Shown here in pieces: positions 35,601 to 49,654 of a stretch of DNA of 64,000 nt. A program made the position numbers and the translations under genes. The stretch lies in the NCBI GenBank assembly GCA_032718475.1, contig JAUCBJ010007359.1, positions 66,802-130,801 of the forward strand, read 5' to 3'. Under the pieces are notes generated by a model. That model did no database searches, was not told the origin of the DNA, and was given only the letters and a program-made list of their open reading frames with translations. Positions within the stretch are counted from its first letter, which is position 1; each line of letters opens with the position of its first letter. This stretch comes from Nemertoderma westbladi. Lineage: Eukaryota > Animalia > Xenacoelomorpha.

Positions 35601-38600
35601 ATATCACCTGTTAGTTCTAGGAGTGATATACGATATATCACCTGTTAGTTCTAGGAGTGATATACAGTACGATATATCACCTGTTAGTTCTAGGAGTGAT
35701 ATACGATATATCACTTGTTAGTTCTAGGAGTGATATACGATATATCACCTGTTAGTTCTAGGATTGATTTACGATATATCACCTGTTAGTTCTAGGAGTG
35801 ATATACAGTACGATATATCACCTGTTAGTTCTAGGAGTGATATACGATATATCACTTGTTAGTTCTAGGTGTTAGTTCTAGGATTGATTTACGATATATC
35901 ACCTGTTAGTTCTAGGAGTGATATACAGTACGATATATCACCTTTAGTTCTAGGAGTGATATACGATATATCACCTGTTAGTTTTAGAAGTGATATACGA
36001 TATATTACTTGTTAGTTCGAGGAGTGATATACGATATATCACCTGTTAGTTCTAGGAGTGATATACGATATATCACCTGTTAGTTCTAGGAGTGATATAC
36101 AGTACGATATATCACCTGTTAGTTCTAGGAGTGATAGTACGATATATCACCTTTAGTTCTAGGAGTGATATACGATATATCACCTGTTAGTTTTAGAAGT
36201 GATATACGATATATTACTTGTTAGTTCTAGGAGTGATATACGATATATGACCTGTTAGTTCTAGGATTGATTTACGATATATCACCTGTTAGTTCTAGGA
36301 GTGATATACAGTACGATATATCACCTGTTAGTTCTAGGAGTGATATACGATATATCACCTGTTAGTTCTAGGAGTGATATACAGTACGATATATCACCTG
36401 TTAGTTCTACGTGTGATATACGATATATTACCTGTTAGTTCTAGGAGTGATATACGATATATCACATGTTAGTTCTAGGAGTGATATACGATATATTACT
36501 TGTTAGTTCTAGGAGTGATATACGATATATGACCTGTTAGTTCTAGGATTGATTTACGATATATCACCTGTTAGTTCTAGGAGTGATATACAGTACGATA
36601 TATCACCTGTTAGTTCTAGGAGTGATATACGATATATCACTTGTTAGTTCTAGGAGTGATATAGAGTACGATATATCACCTGTTAGTTCTAAGAATGATA
36701 TACGATATATCACCTGTTAGTTCTAGAAGTGATATACGATATATCACCTGTTAGTTCTAGGAGTGATATACGATATATCACCTGTTAGTTCTAGTAGTGA
36801 TATACGATATATCACCTGTTAGTTCTAGGAGTGATATACAGTACGATATATCACCTGTTAGTTCTAGGAGTGATTATACGATATATCAACTGTTAGTTCT
36901 AGGAGTGATATACAGTACGATATATCACCTGTTAGTTCTAGGAGTGATATACGATATATCACCTGTTAGTTCTAGGAGTGATATACGATATATCACCTGT
37001 TAGTTCTAAGAATGATATACGATATATCACCTGTTAGTTCTAGGAGTGATATACGATATATCACCTGTTAGTTCTAGGAGTGATATACAGTACGATATAT
37101 CACCTGTTAGTTCTAGTAGTGATATACGATATATCACCTGTTAGTTCTATGAGTGATATACAGTACGATATATCACCTGTTAGTTCTAGGAGTGATATAC
37201 GATATATCACTGTTAGTTCTAGAGTGATATACGATATATCACCTGTTAGTTCTAGGAGTGATATACAGTACGATATATCACCTGTTAGTTCTAGGAGTGA
37301 TATACGATATATCACCTGTTAGTTCTAGGAGTGATATACGATATATCACCTGTTAGTTCTAGGAGTGATATACGATATATCACCTGTTAGTTCTAGAGTG
37401 ATATACGATATATCACCTGTTAGTTCTAGGAGTGATATACAGTACGATATATCACCTGTTAGTTCTAGGAGTGATATACAGTACGATATATCACCTGTTA
37501 GTTCTAGGAGTGATATACGATATATCAACTGTTAGTTCTAGAAGTGATATACTATATATCACCTGTTAGTTCTAGGAATGATATACGATATATCACCTGT
37601 TAGTTCTAGGTGTGATATACGATATATCACCTGTTAGTTCTACGAGTGATATACGTGATATATCACCTGTTAGTTCTAGGAGTGATATACAGTACGATAT
37701 ATCACCCGTTAGTTCTAGGAGTGATATACGATATATCACCTGTTAGTTTTAGAAGTGATATACGATATATTACTTGTTAGTTAGGTGTGATATACGATAT
37801 ATCACCTGTTAGTTCTAGGAGTGATATACGATATATCACCTGTTAGTTCTAGGAGTGATATACAGTACGATATATCACCTGTTAGTTCTAGGAGTGATAT
37901 ACGATATATCACTTGTTAGTTCTAGGAGTGATATACGATATATCACCTGTTAGTTCTAGGATTGATTTACGATATATCACCTGTTAGTTCTAGGAGTGAT
38001 ATACAGTACGATATATCACCTGTTAGTTCTAGGATTGATTTACGATATATCACCTGTTAGTTCTAGGAGTGATATACAGTACGATATATCACCTGTTAGT
38101 TCTAGGAGTGATATACGATATATCACTTGTTAGTTCTAGGTGTTAGTTCTAGGATTGATTTACGATATATCACCTGTTAGTTCTAGGAGTGATATACAGT
38201 ACGATATATCACCTTTAGTTCTAGGAGTGATATACGATATATCACCTGTTAGTTTTAGAAGTGATATACGATATATTACTTGTTAGTTCGAGGAGTGATA
38301 TACGATATATCACCTGTTAGTTCTAGGAGTGATATACGATATATCACCTGTTAGTTCTAGGAGTGATATACAGTACGATATATCACCTGTTAGTTCTAGG
38401 AGTGATATACAGTACGATATATCACCTTTAGTTCTAGGAGTGATATACGATATATCACCTGTTAGTTTTAGAAGTGATATACGATATATTACTTGTTAGT
38501 TCTAGGAGTGATATACGATATATGACCTGTTAGTTCTAGGATTGATTTACGATATATCACCTGTTAGTTCTAGGAGTGATATACAGTACGATATATCACC

Positions 38601-40837
38601 TGTTAGTTCTAGGAGTGATATACGATATATCACCTGTTAGTTCTAGGAGTGATATACAGTACGATATATCACCTGTTAGTTCTACGTGTGATATACGATA
38701 TATTACCTGTTAGTTCTAGGAGTGATATACGATATATCACATGTTAGTTCTAGGAGTGATATACGATATATTACTTGTTAGTTCTAGGAGTGATATACGA
38801 TATATGACCTGTTAGTTCTAGGATTGATTTACGATATATCACCTGTTAGTTCTAGGAGTGATATACAGTACGATATATCACCTGTTAGTTCTAGGAGTGA
38901 TATACGATATATCACTTGTTAGTTCTAGGAGTGATATAGAGTACGATATATCACCTGTTAGTTCTAAGAATGATATACGATATATCACATGTTAGTTCTA
39001 GAAGTGATATACGATATATTACCTGTTAGTTCTATGAGTGATATACGATATATCACCTGTTAGTTTTAGAAGTGATATACGATATATTACTTGTTAGTTC
39101 TAGGAGTGATATACGATATATGACCTGTTAGTTCTAGGATTGATTTACGATATATCACCTGTTAGTTCTAGGAGTGATATACAGTACGATATATCACCTG
39201 TTAGTTCTAGGAGTGATATACGATATATCACTTGTTAGTTCTAGGAGTGATATAGAGTACGATATATCACCTGTTAGTTCTAAGAATGATATACGATATA
39301 TCACCTGTTAGTTCTAGAAGTGATATACGATATATCACCTGTTAGTTCTAGGAGTGATATACAGTACGATATATCACCTGTTAGTTCTAGTAGTGATATA
39401 CGATATATCACCTGTTAGTTCTATGAGTGATATACAGTACGATATATCACCTGTTAGTTCTAGGAGTGATATACAGTACGATATATCAACTGTTAGCTCT
39501 TGGAGTGATATACAGTACGATATATCACCTGTTAGTTCTAGGAGTGATATACGATATATCACCTGTTAGTTCTAGGAGTGATATACGATATATCAACTGT
39601 TAGTTCTAGGAGTGATATACGATATTCTAGGAGTGATATACGATATATAACCTGTTAAGTCTAGGAGCGATATACGATATATCACCTGTTAGTTCTAGGA
39701 GATATATACAGTACGATATATCACCTGTTAGTTCTAGGAGTGATATACGATATATCAACTGTTAGTTCTAGAAGTGATATACTATATATCACCTGTTAGT
39801 TCTAGGAATGATATACGATATATCACCTGTTAGTTCTAGGAGATATATACAGTACGATATATCACCTGTTAGTTCTAGGAGTGATATACGATATATCACC
39901 TGTTAGTTCTAGGGGTGATATACGATATATCACCTGTTAGTTCTAGTAGTGATATACGATATATCACCTGTTAGTTCTACGAGTGCTATACAGTATGATA
40001 TATCACCTGTTAGTTCTAGGAGTGATATACAGTACGATATATCACCCGTTAGTTCTAGGAGTGATATACGATATATCACCTGTTAGTTTTAGAAGTGATA
40101 TACGATATATTACTTGTTAGTTAGGTGTGATATACGATATATCACCTGTTAGTTCTAGGAGTGATATACGATATATCACCTGTTAGTTCTAGGAGTGATA
40201 TACAGTACGATATATCACCTGTTAGTTCTAGGAGTGATATACGATATATCACTTGTTAGTTCTAGGAGTGATATACGATATATCACCTGTTAGTTCTAGG
40301 ATTGATTTACGATATATCACCTGTTAGTTCTAGGAGTGATATACAGTACGATATATCACCTGTTAGTTCTAGGAGTGATATACGATATATCACTTGTTAG
40401 TTCTAGGAGTGATATACGATATATCACCTGTTAGTTCTAGGAGTGATATACGATATATCACCTGTTAGTTCTAGGAGTGATATACAGTACGATATATCAC
40501 CTGTTAGTTCTAGGAGTGATATACAGTACGATATATCACCTGTTAGTTCTAGGAGTGATATACGATATATCACTTGTTAGTTCTAGGAGTGATATACGAT
40601 ATATCACCTGTTAGTTCTAGGATTGATTTACGATATATCACCTGTTAGTTCTAGGAGTGATATACAGTACGATATATCACCTGTTAGTTCTAGGAGTGAT
40701 ATACGATATATCACTTGTTAGTTCTAGGAGTGATATACGATATATCACCTGTTAGTTCTAGGATTGATTTACGATATATCACCTGTTAGTTCTAGGAGTG
40801 ATATACAGTACGATATATCACCTTTAGTTCTAGGAGT

Positions 40838-41588
40838 TTTTTTTTTACTACTGCTAAGTATTTGATAGTATAATAACATAGTTGATACAATGGATTTCAA
40901 ATTGCACTATTACACCCTATCACCAAATCTGATTTATACAATGAGGTACAGTGATACGGATGTAAGGGGGAAATTCAAAACAGTTGGTTGTTTATGTTGT
41001 AGGCCTACTGGTCAGCTATTGTAGGCCTGTACGACTGCGCTGTACTACCAGGCTACGGCTCAGTGTCGGCGTTGTCCAACCAAATGGAGGCATCAGACAC
41101 TGGACAATGAACCGGCCGTTTAGAGGCTGACCTACAACCTCGAAGGCAGAGCAGGGAGGAACGAAGCAACGCGAAGTTTAACTTGCGCCGGATCCACGTG
41201 ACGCATTCCGAGTACCTGACCTCGCGTTTGTCCGCGAGCTTCTGTCCCAGGCGCTTAACAAACTGGCGCGTGGTCGGCGCCATCCCGCCAAAGGCCGAGA
41301 ATATGAGGGGGACGAAAGTAGAATGTTCCACCTCCCGTATCCTCTCCTCGTACTTAAGAATCTTACGATTCTCGTGGTGGAGGTGCGCTGCGTCTAGGGA
41401 CATAGCCGCGTTCGTCGCCGCCAGCGGGTTAAACACGGACACGTCGATGAACGACCGCTGGAATCGGTTTCCCCAGAAGCCGCTCACAGACACATCCAGC
41501 CTCGCCTGCTGGTCCGTCGAGGTGGTACGATGGGTGAAAGTTTCACCGGATAACGACTGGAGCATCGGCTCAACAGCAACGCTGTACA
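40838..41588 (-). mobile_element. 5'-truncated CRE-clade (RLE-type) non-LTR retrotransposon, copy 1
   Basis: Encodes ARLDV.VSGFW...FIDV.VFNP...HENRK..KY...FVPL.FS..GG...LLRS..LCLRG (restriction-like endonuclease C-terminus), stop at 41053, ~205-bp 3' UTR, A10 tail, TSD TTAGTTCTAGGAG(T). Confidence 0.85.
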
Positions 41589-44500
41589 TTAGTTCTAGGA
41601 GTGATATACGATATATCACCTGTTAGTTTTAGAAGTGATATACGATATATTACTTGTTAGTTCGAGGAGTGATATACGATATATCACCTGTTAGTTCTAG
41701 GAGTGATATACGATATATCACCTGTTAGTTCTAGGAGTGCTATACAGTACGATATATCACCTGTTAGTTCGAGGAGTGATATACGATATATCACCTGTTA
41801 GTTCTAGGTGTGATATACGATATATCACCTGTTAGTTCTACGAGTGCTATACAGTATGATATATCACCTGTTAGTTCTAGGAGTGATATACAGTACGATA
41901 TATCACCCGTTAGTTCTAGGAGTGATATACGATATATCACCTGTTAGTTTTAGAAGTGATATACGATATATTACTTGTTAGTTCGAGGTGTGATATACGA
42001 TATATCACCTGTTAGTTCTAGGAGTGATATACGATATATCACCTGTTAGTTCTAGGAGTGATATACAGTACGATATATCACCTGTTAGTTCTAGGAGTGA
42101 TATACAGTACGATATATCACCGGTTAGTTCTAGGAGTGATATACGATATATCACCTGTTAGTTCTAGGAGTGATATACGATATATCACCTGTTAGTTCTA
42201 GGAGTGATATACAGTACGATATATCACCTGTTAGTTCTAGGAGTGATATACAGTACGATATATCACCTGTTAGTTCTAGGAGTGATATACGATATATCAC
42301 CTGTTAGTTCTAGGAGTGATATACAGTACGATATATCACCTGTTAGTTCTAGGAGTGATATACGATATATCACTTGTTAGTTCTAGGAGTGATATACGAT
42401 ATATCACCTGTTAGTTTTAGAAGTGATATACGATATATTACTTGTTAGTTCGAGGTGTGATATACGATATATCACCTGTTAGTTCTAGGAGTGATATACG
42501 ATATATCACCTGTTAGCTCTTGGAGTGATATACAGTACGATATATCACCTGTTAGTTCTAGGAGTGATATACGATATATCACCTGTTAGTTCTAGGAGTG
42601 ATATACGATATATCACCTGTTAGTTCTAGGAGTGATATACAGTACGATATATCACCTGTTAGTTCTAGGAGTGATATACGATATATCACTTGTTAGTTCT
42701 AGGAGTGATATACGATATATCACCTGTTAGTTCTAGGATTGATTTACGATATATCACCTGTTAGTTCTAGGAGTGATATACAGTACGATATATCACCTGT
42801 TAGTTCTAGGAGTGATATACGATATATCACTTGTTAGTTCTAGGTGTTAGTTCTAGGATTGATTTACGATATATCACCTGTTAGTTCTAGGAGTGATATA
42901 CAGTACGATATATCACCTTTAGTTCTAGGAGTGATATACGATATATCACCTGTTAGTTTTAGAAGTGATATACGATATATTACTTGTTAGTTCGAGGAGT
43001 GATATACGATATATCACCTGTTAGTTCTAGGAGTGATATACGATATATCACCTGTTAGTTCTAGGAGTGATATACAGTACGATATATCACCTGTTAGTTC
43101 TAGGAGTGATATACTATATATCACCTGTTAGTTCTAGGAGTGATATACTATATATCACCTGTTAGTTCTAGGAGTGATATACGATATATCACCTGTTAGT
43201 TCTAGGAGTGATATACAGTACGATATATCACCTGTTAGTTCTAGGAGTGATATACGATATATCACTTGTTAGTTCTAGGAGTGATATACGATATATCACC
43301 TGTTAGTTCTAGGATTGATTTACGATATATCACCTGTTAGTTCTAGGAGTGATATACAGTACGATATATCACCTGTTAGTTCTAGGAGTGATATACGATA
43401 TATCACTTGTTAGTTCTAGGTGTTAGTTCTAGGATTGATTTACGATATATCACCTGTTAGTTCTAGGAGTGATATACAGTACGATATATCACCTTTAGTT
43501 CTAGGAGTGATATACGATATATCACCTGTTAGTTTTAGAAGTGATATACGATATATTACTTGTTAGTTCGAGGAGTGATATACGATATATCACCTGTTAG
43601 TTCTAGGAGTGATATACGATATATCACCTGTTAGTTCTAGGAGTGATATACAGTACGATATATCACCTGTTAGTTCTAGGAGTGATATACGATATATCAC
43701 CTGTTAGTTCTAGGAGTGATATACGATATATCACCTGTTAGTTCTAGGAGTGATATACGATATATCACCTGTTAGTTCTAGGAGTGATATACAGTACGAT
43801 ATATCACCTGTTAGTTCTAGGAGTGATATACGATATATCACCTGTTAGTTCTAGGAGTGATATACGATATATCACCTGTTAGTTCTAGGAGTGTATCAGT
43901 ACGATATATCACCTGTTAGTTCTAGGAGTGATATACGATATATCACCTGTTAGTTCTAGGAGTGATATACGATATATCACCTGTTAGTTCTAGGAGTGAT
44001 ATACGATATATCACCTGTTAGTTCTAGGAGTGATATACGATATATCACCTGTTAGTTCTAGGAGTGATATACAGTACGATATATCACCTGTTAGTTCTAG
44101 GAGTGATATACAGTACGATATATCACCTGTTAGTTCTAGGAGTGATATACGATATATCACCTGTTAGTTCTAGGAGTGATATACGATATATCACTTGTTA
44201 GTTCTAGGAGTGATATACGATATATCACCTGTTAGTTCTAGGATTGATTTACGATATATCACCTGTTAGTTCTAGGAGTGATATACAGTACGATATATCA
44301 CCTGTTAGTTCTAGGAGTGATATACGATATATCACCTGTTAGTTCTAGGAGTGATATACGATATATCACCTGTTAGTTCTAGGAGTGATATACGATATAT
44401 CACCTGTTAGTTCTAGGAGTGATATACGATATATCACTTGTTAGTTCTAGGAGTGATATACGATATATCACCTGTTAGTTCTAGGATTGATTTACGATAT

Positions 44501-47500
44501 ATCACCTGTTAGTTCTAGGAGTGATATACAGTACGATATATCACCTGTTAGTTCTAGGAGTGATATACGATATATCACCTGTTAGTTCTAGGAGTGATAT
44601 ACAGTACGATATATCACCTGTTAGTTCTACGTGTGATATACGATATATCACCTGTTAGTTCTAGGAGTGATATACGATATATCACATGTTAGTTCTAGGA
44701 GTGATATACGATATATTACTTGTTAGTTCTAGGAGTGATATACGATATATGACCTGTTAGTTCTAGGATTGATTTACGATATATCACCTGTTAGTTCTAG
44801 GAGTGATATACAGTACGATATATCACCTGTTAGTTCTAGGAGTGATATACGATATATCACTTGTTAGTTCTAGGAGTGATATAGAGTACGATATATCACC
44901 TGTTAGTTCTAAGAATGATATACGATATATCACATGTTAGTTCTAGAAGTGATATACGATATATTACCTGTTAGTTCTATGAGTGATATACGATATATCA
45001 CCTGTTAGTTTTAGAAGTGATATACGATATATTACTTGTTAGTTCTAGGAGTGATATACGATATATGACCTGTTAGTTCTAGGATTGATTTACGATATAT
45101 CACCTGTTAGTTCTAGGAGTGATATACAGTACGATATATCACCTGTTAGTTCTAGGAGTGATATACGATATATCACTTGTTAGTTCTAGGAGTGATATAG
45201 AGTACGATATATCACCTGTTAGTTCTAGGAGTGATATACGATATATCACCTGTTAGTTCTAGAAGTGATATACGATATATCACCTGTTAGTTCTAGGAGT
45301 GATATACAGTACGATATATCACCTGTTAGTTCTAGTAGTGATATACGATATATCACCTGTTAGTTCTATGAGTGATATACAGTACGATATATCACCTGTT
45401 AGTTCTAGGAGTGATATACAGTACGATATATCAACTGTTAGCTCTTGGAGTGATATACAGTACGATATATCACCTGTTAGTTCTAGGAGTGATATACGAT
45501 ATATCACCTGTTAGTTCTAGGAGTGATATACGATATATCAACTGTTAGTTCTAGGAGTGATATACGATATTCTAGGAGTGATATACGATATATAACCTGT
45601 TAAGTCTAGGAGCGATATACGATATATCACCTGTTAGTTCTAGGAGATATATACAGTACGATATATCACCTGTTAGTTCTAGGAGTGATATACGATATAT
45701 CAACTGTTAGTTCTAGAAGTGATATACTATATATCACCTGTTAGTTCTAGGAATGATATACGATATATCACCTGTTAGTTCTAGGTGTGATATACGATAT
45801 ATCACCTGTTAGTTCTACGAGTGATATACGATATATCACCTGTTAGTTCTAGGAGTGATATACAGTACGATATATCACCCGTTAGTTCTAGGAGTGATAT
45901 ACGATATATCACCTGTTAGTTTTAGAAGTGATATACGATATATTACTTGTTAGTTAGGTGTGATATACGATATATCACCTGTTAGTTCTAGGAGTGATAT
46001 ACGATATATCACCTGTTAGTTCTAGGAGTGATATACAGTACGATATATCACCTGTTAGTTCTAGGAGTGATATACGATATATCACTTGTTAGTTCTAGGA
46101 GTGATATACGATATATCACCTGTTAGTTCTAGGATTGATTTACGATATATCACCTGTTAGTTCTAGGAGTGATATACAGTACGATATATCACCTGTTAGT
46201 TCTAGGATTGATTTACGATATATCACCTGTTAGTTCTAGGAGTGATATACAGTACGATATATCACCTGTTAGTTCTAGGAGTGATATACGATATATCACT
46301 TGTTAGTTCTAGGTGTTAGTTCTAGGATTGATTTACGATATATCACCTGTTAGTTCTAGGAGTGATATACAGTACGATATATCACCTTTAGTTCTAGGAG
46401 TGATATACGATATATCACCTGTTAGTTTTAGAAGTGATATACGATATATTACTTGTTAGTTCGAGGAGTGATATACGATATATCACCTGTTAGTTCTAGG
46501 AGTGATATACGATATATCACCTGTTAGTTCTAGGAGTGATATACAGTACGATATATCACCTGTTAGTTCTAGGAGTGATATACAGTACGATATATCACCT
46601 TTAGTTCTAGGAGTGATATACGATATATCACCTGTTAGTTTTAGAAGTGATATACGATATATTACTTGTTAGTTCTAGGAGTGATATACGATATATGACC
46701 TGTTAGTTCTAGGATTGATTTACGATATATCACCTGTTAGTTCTAGGAGTGATATACAGTACGATATATCACCTGTTAGTTCTAGGAGTGATATACGATA
46801 TATCACCTGTTAGTTCTAGGAGTGATATACAGTACGATATATCACCTGTTAGTTCTACGTGTGATATACGATATATTACCTGTTAGTTCTAGGAGTGATA
46901 TACGATATATCACATGTTAGTTCTAGGAGTGATATACGATATATTACTTGTTAGTTCTAGGAGTGATATACGATATATGACCTGTTAGTTCTAGGATTGA
47001 TTTACGATATATCACCTGTTAGTTCTAGGAGTGATATACAGTACGATATATCACCTGTTAGTTCTAGGAGTGATATACGATATATCACTTGTTAGTTCTA
47101 GGAGTGATATAGAGTACGATATATCACCTGTTAGTTCTAAGAATGATATACGATATATCACATGTTAGTTCTAGAAGTGATATACGATATATTACCTGTT
47201 AGTTCTATGAGTGATATACGATATATCACCTGTTAGTTTTAGAAGTGATATACGATATATTACTTGTTAGTTCTAGGAGTGATATACGATATATGACCTG
47301 TTAGTTCTAGGATTGATTTACGATATATCACCTGTTAGTTCTAGGAGTGATATACAGTACGATATATCACCTGTTAGTTCTAGGAGTGATATACGATATA
47401 TCACTTGTTAGTTCTAGGAGTGATATAGAGTACGATATATCACCTGTTAGTTCTAAGAATGATATACGATATATCACCTGTTAGTTCTAGAAGTGATATA

Positions 47501-48903
47501 CGATATATCACCTGTTAGTTCTAGGAGTGATATACAGTACGATATATCACCTGTTAGTTCTAGTAGTGATATACGATATATCACCTGTTAGTTCTATGAG
47601 TGATATACAGTACGATATATCACCTGTTAGTTCTAGGAGTGATATACAGTACGATATATCAACTGTTAGCTCTTGGAGTGATATACAGTACGATATATCA
47701 CCTGTTAGTTCTAGGAGTGATATACGATATATCACCTGTTAGTTCTAGGAGTGATATACGATATATCAACTGTTAGTTCTAGGAGTGATATACGATATTC
47801 TAGGAGTGATATACGATATATAACCTGTTAAGTCTAGGAGCGATATACGATATATCACCTGTTAGTTCTAGGAGATATATACAGTACGATATATCACCTG
47901 TTAGTTCTAGGAGTGATATACGATATATCAACTGTTAGTTCTAGAAGTGATATACTATATATCACCTGTTAGTTCTAGGAATGATATACGATATATCACC
48001 TGTTAGTTCTAGGTGTGATATACGATATATCACCTGTTAGTTCTACGAGTGCTATACAGTATGATATATCACCTGTTAGTTCTAGGAGTGATATACAGTA
48101 CGATATATCACCCGTTAGTTCTAGGAGTGATATACGATATATCACCTGTTAGTTTTAGAAGTGATATACGATATATTACTTGTTAGTTAGGTGTGATATA
48201 CGATATATCACCTGTTAGTTCTAGGAGTGATATACGATATATCACCTGTTAGTTCTAGGAGTGATATACAGTACGATATATCACCTGTTAGTTCTAGGAG
48301 TGATATACGATATATCACTTGTTAGTTCTAGGAGTGATATACGATATATCACCTGTTAGTTCTAGGATTGATTTACGATATATCACCTGTTAGTTCTAGG
48401 AGTGATATACAGTACGATATATCACCTGTTAGTTCTAGGAGTGATATACGATATATCACTTGTTAGTTCTAGGAGTGATATACGATATATCACCTGTTAG
48501 TTCTAGGAGTGATATACGATATATCACCTGTTAGTTCTAGGAGTGATATACAGTACGATATATCACCTGTTAGTTCTAGGAGTGATATACAGTACGATAT
48601 ATCACCTGTTAGTTCTAGGAGTGATATACGATATATCACTTGTTAGTTCTAGGAGTGATATACGATATATCACCTGTTAGTTCTAGGATTGATTTACGAT
48701 ATATCACCTGTTAGTTCTAGGAGTGATATACAGTACGATATATCACCTGTTAGTTCTAGGAGTGATATACGATATATCACTTGTTAGTTCTAGGAGTGAT
48801 ATACGATATATCACCTGTTAGTTCTAGGATTGATTTACGATATATCACCTGTTAGTTCTAGGAGTGATATACAGTACGATATATCACCTTTAGTTCTAGG
48901 AGT

Positions 48904-49654
48904 TTTTTTTTTACTACTGCTAAGTATTTGATAGTATAATAACATAGTTGATACAATGGATTTCAAATTGCACTATTACACCCTATCACCAAATCTGATT
49001 TATACAATGAGGTACAGTGATACGGATGTAAGGGGGAAATTCAAAACAGTTGGTTGTTTATGTTGTAGGCCTACTGGTCAGCTATTGTAGGCCTGTACGA
49101 CTGCGCTGTACTACCAGGCTACGGCTCAGTGTCGGCGTTGTCCAACCAAATGGAGGCATCAGACACTGGACAATGAACCGGCCGTTTAGAGGCTGACCTA
49201 CAACCTCGAAGGCAGAGCAGGGAGGAACGAAGCAACGCGAAGTTTAACTTGCGCCGGATCCACGTGACGCATTCCGAGTACCTGACCTCGCGTTTGTCCG
49301 CGAGCTTCTGTCCCAGGCGCTTAACAAACTGGCGCGTGGTCGGCGCCATCCCGCCAAAGGCCGAGAATATGAGGGGGACGAAAGTAGAATGTTCCACCTC
49401 CCGTATCCTCTCCTCGTACTTAAGAATCTTACGATTCTCGTGGTGGAGGTGCGCTGCGTCTAGGGACATAGCCGCGTTCGTCGCCGCCAGCGGGTTAAAC
49501 ACGGACACGTCGATGAACGACCGCTGGAATCGGTTTCCCCAGAAGCCGCTCACAGACACATCCAGCCTCGCCTGCTGGTCCGTCGAGGTGGTACGATGGG
49601 TGAAAGTTTCACCGGATAACGACTGGAGCATCGGCTCAACAGCAACGCTGTACA
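48904..49654 (-). mobile_element. CRE-like fragment, copy 2
   Basis: Same sequence, junctions and tail as copy 1; offset 8066 bp. Confidence 0.85.

Noticed and set aside
40824-40837. Telomere-like origin of the satellite (TTAG...TAGG)
   Set aside because: No true TTAGG or TTAGGG unit is present in the consensus; the resemblance is too weak.
41053-41626. 188-aa ORF as a standalone nuclease gene, and its 147-aa antisense ORF
   Set aside because: The start comes from satellite sequence across the 5' truncation junction. The plus-strand ORF is a shadow of GC-rich coding sequence.
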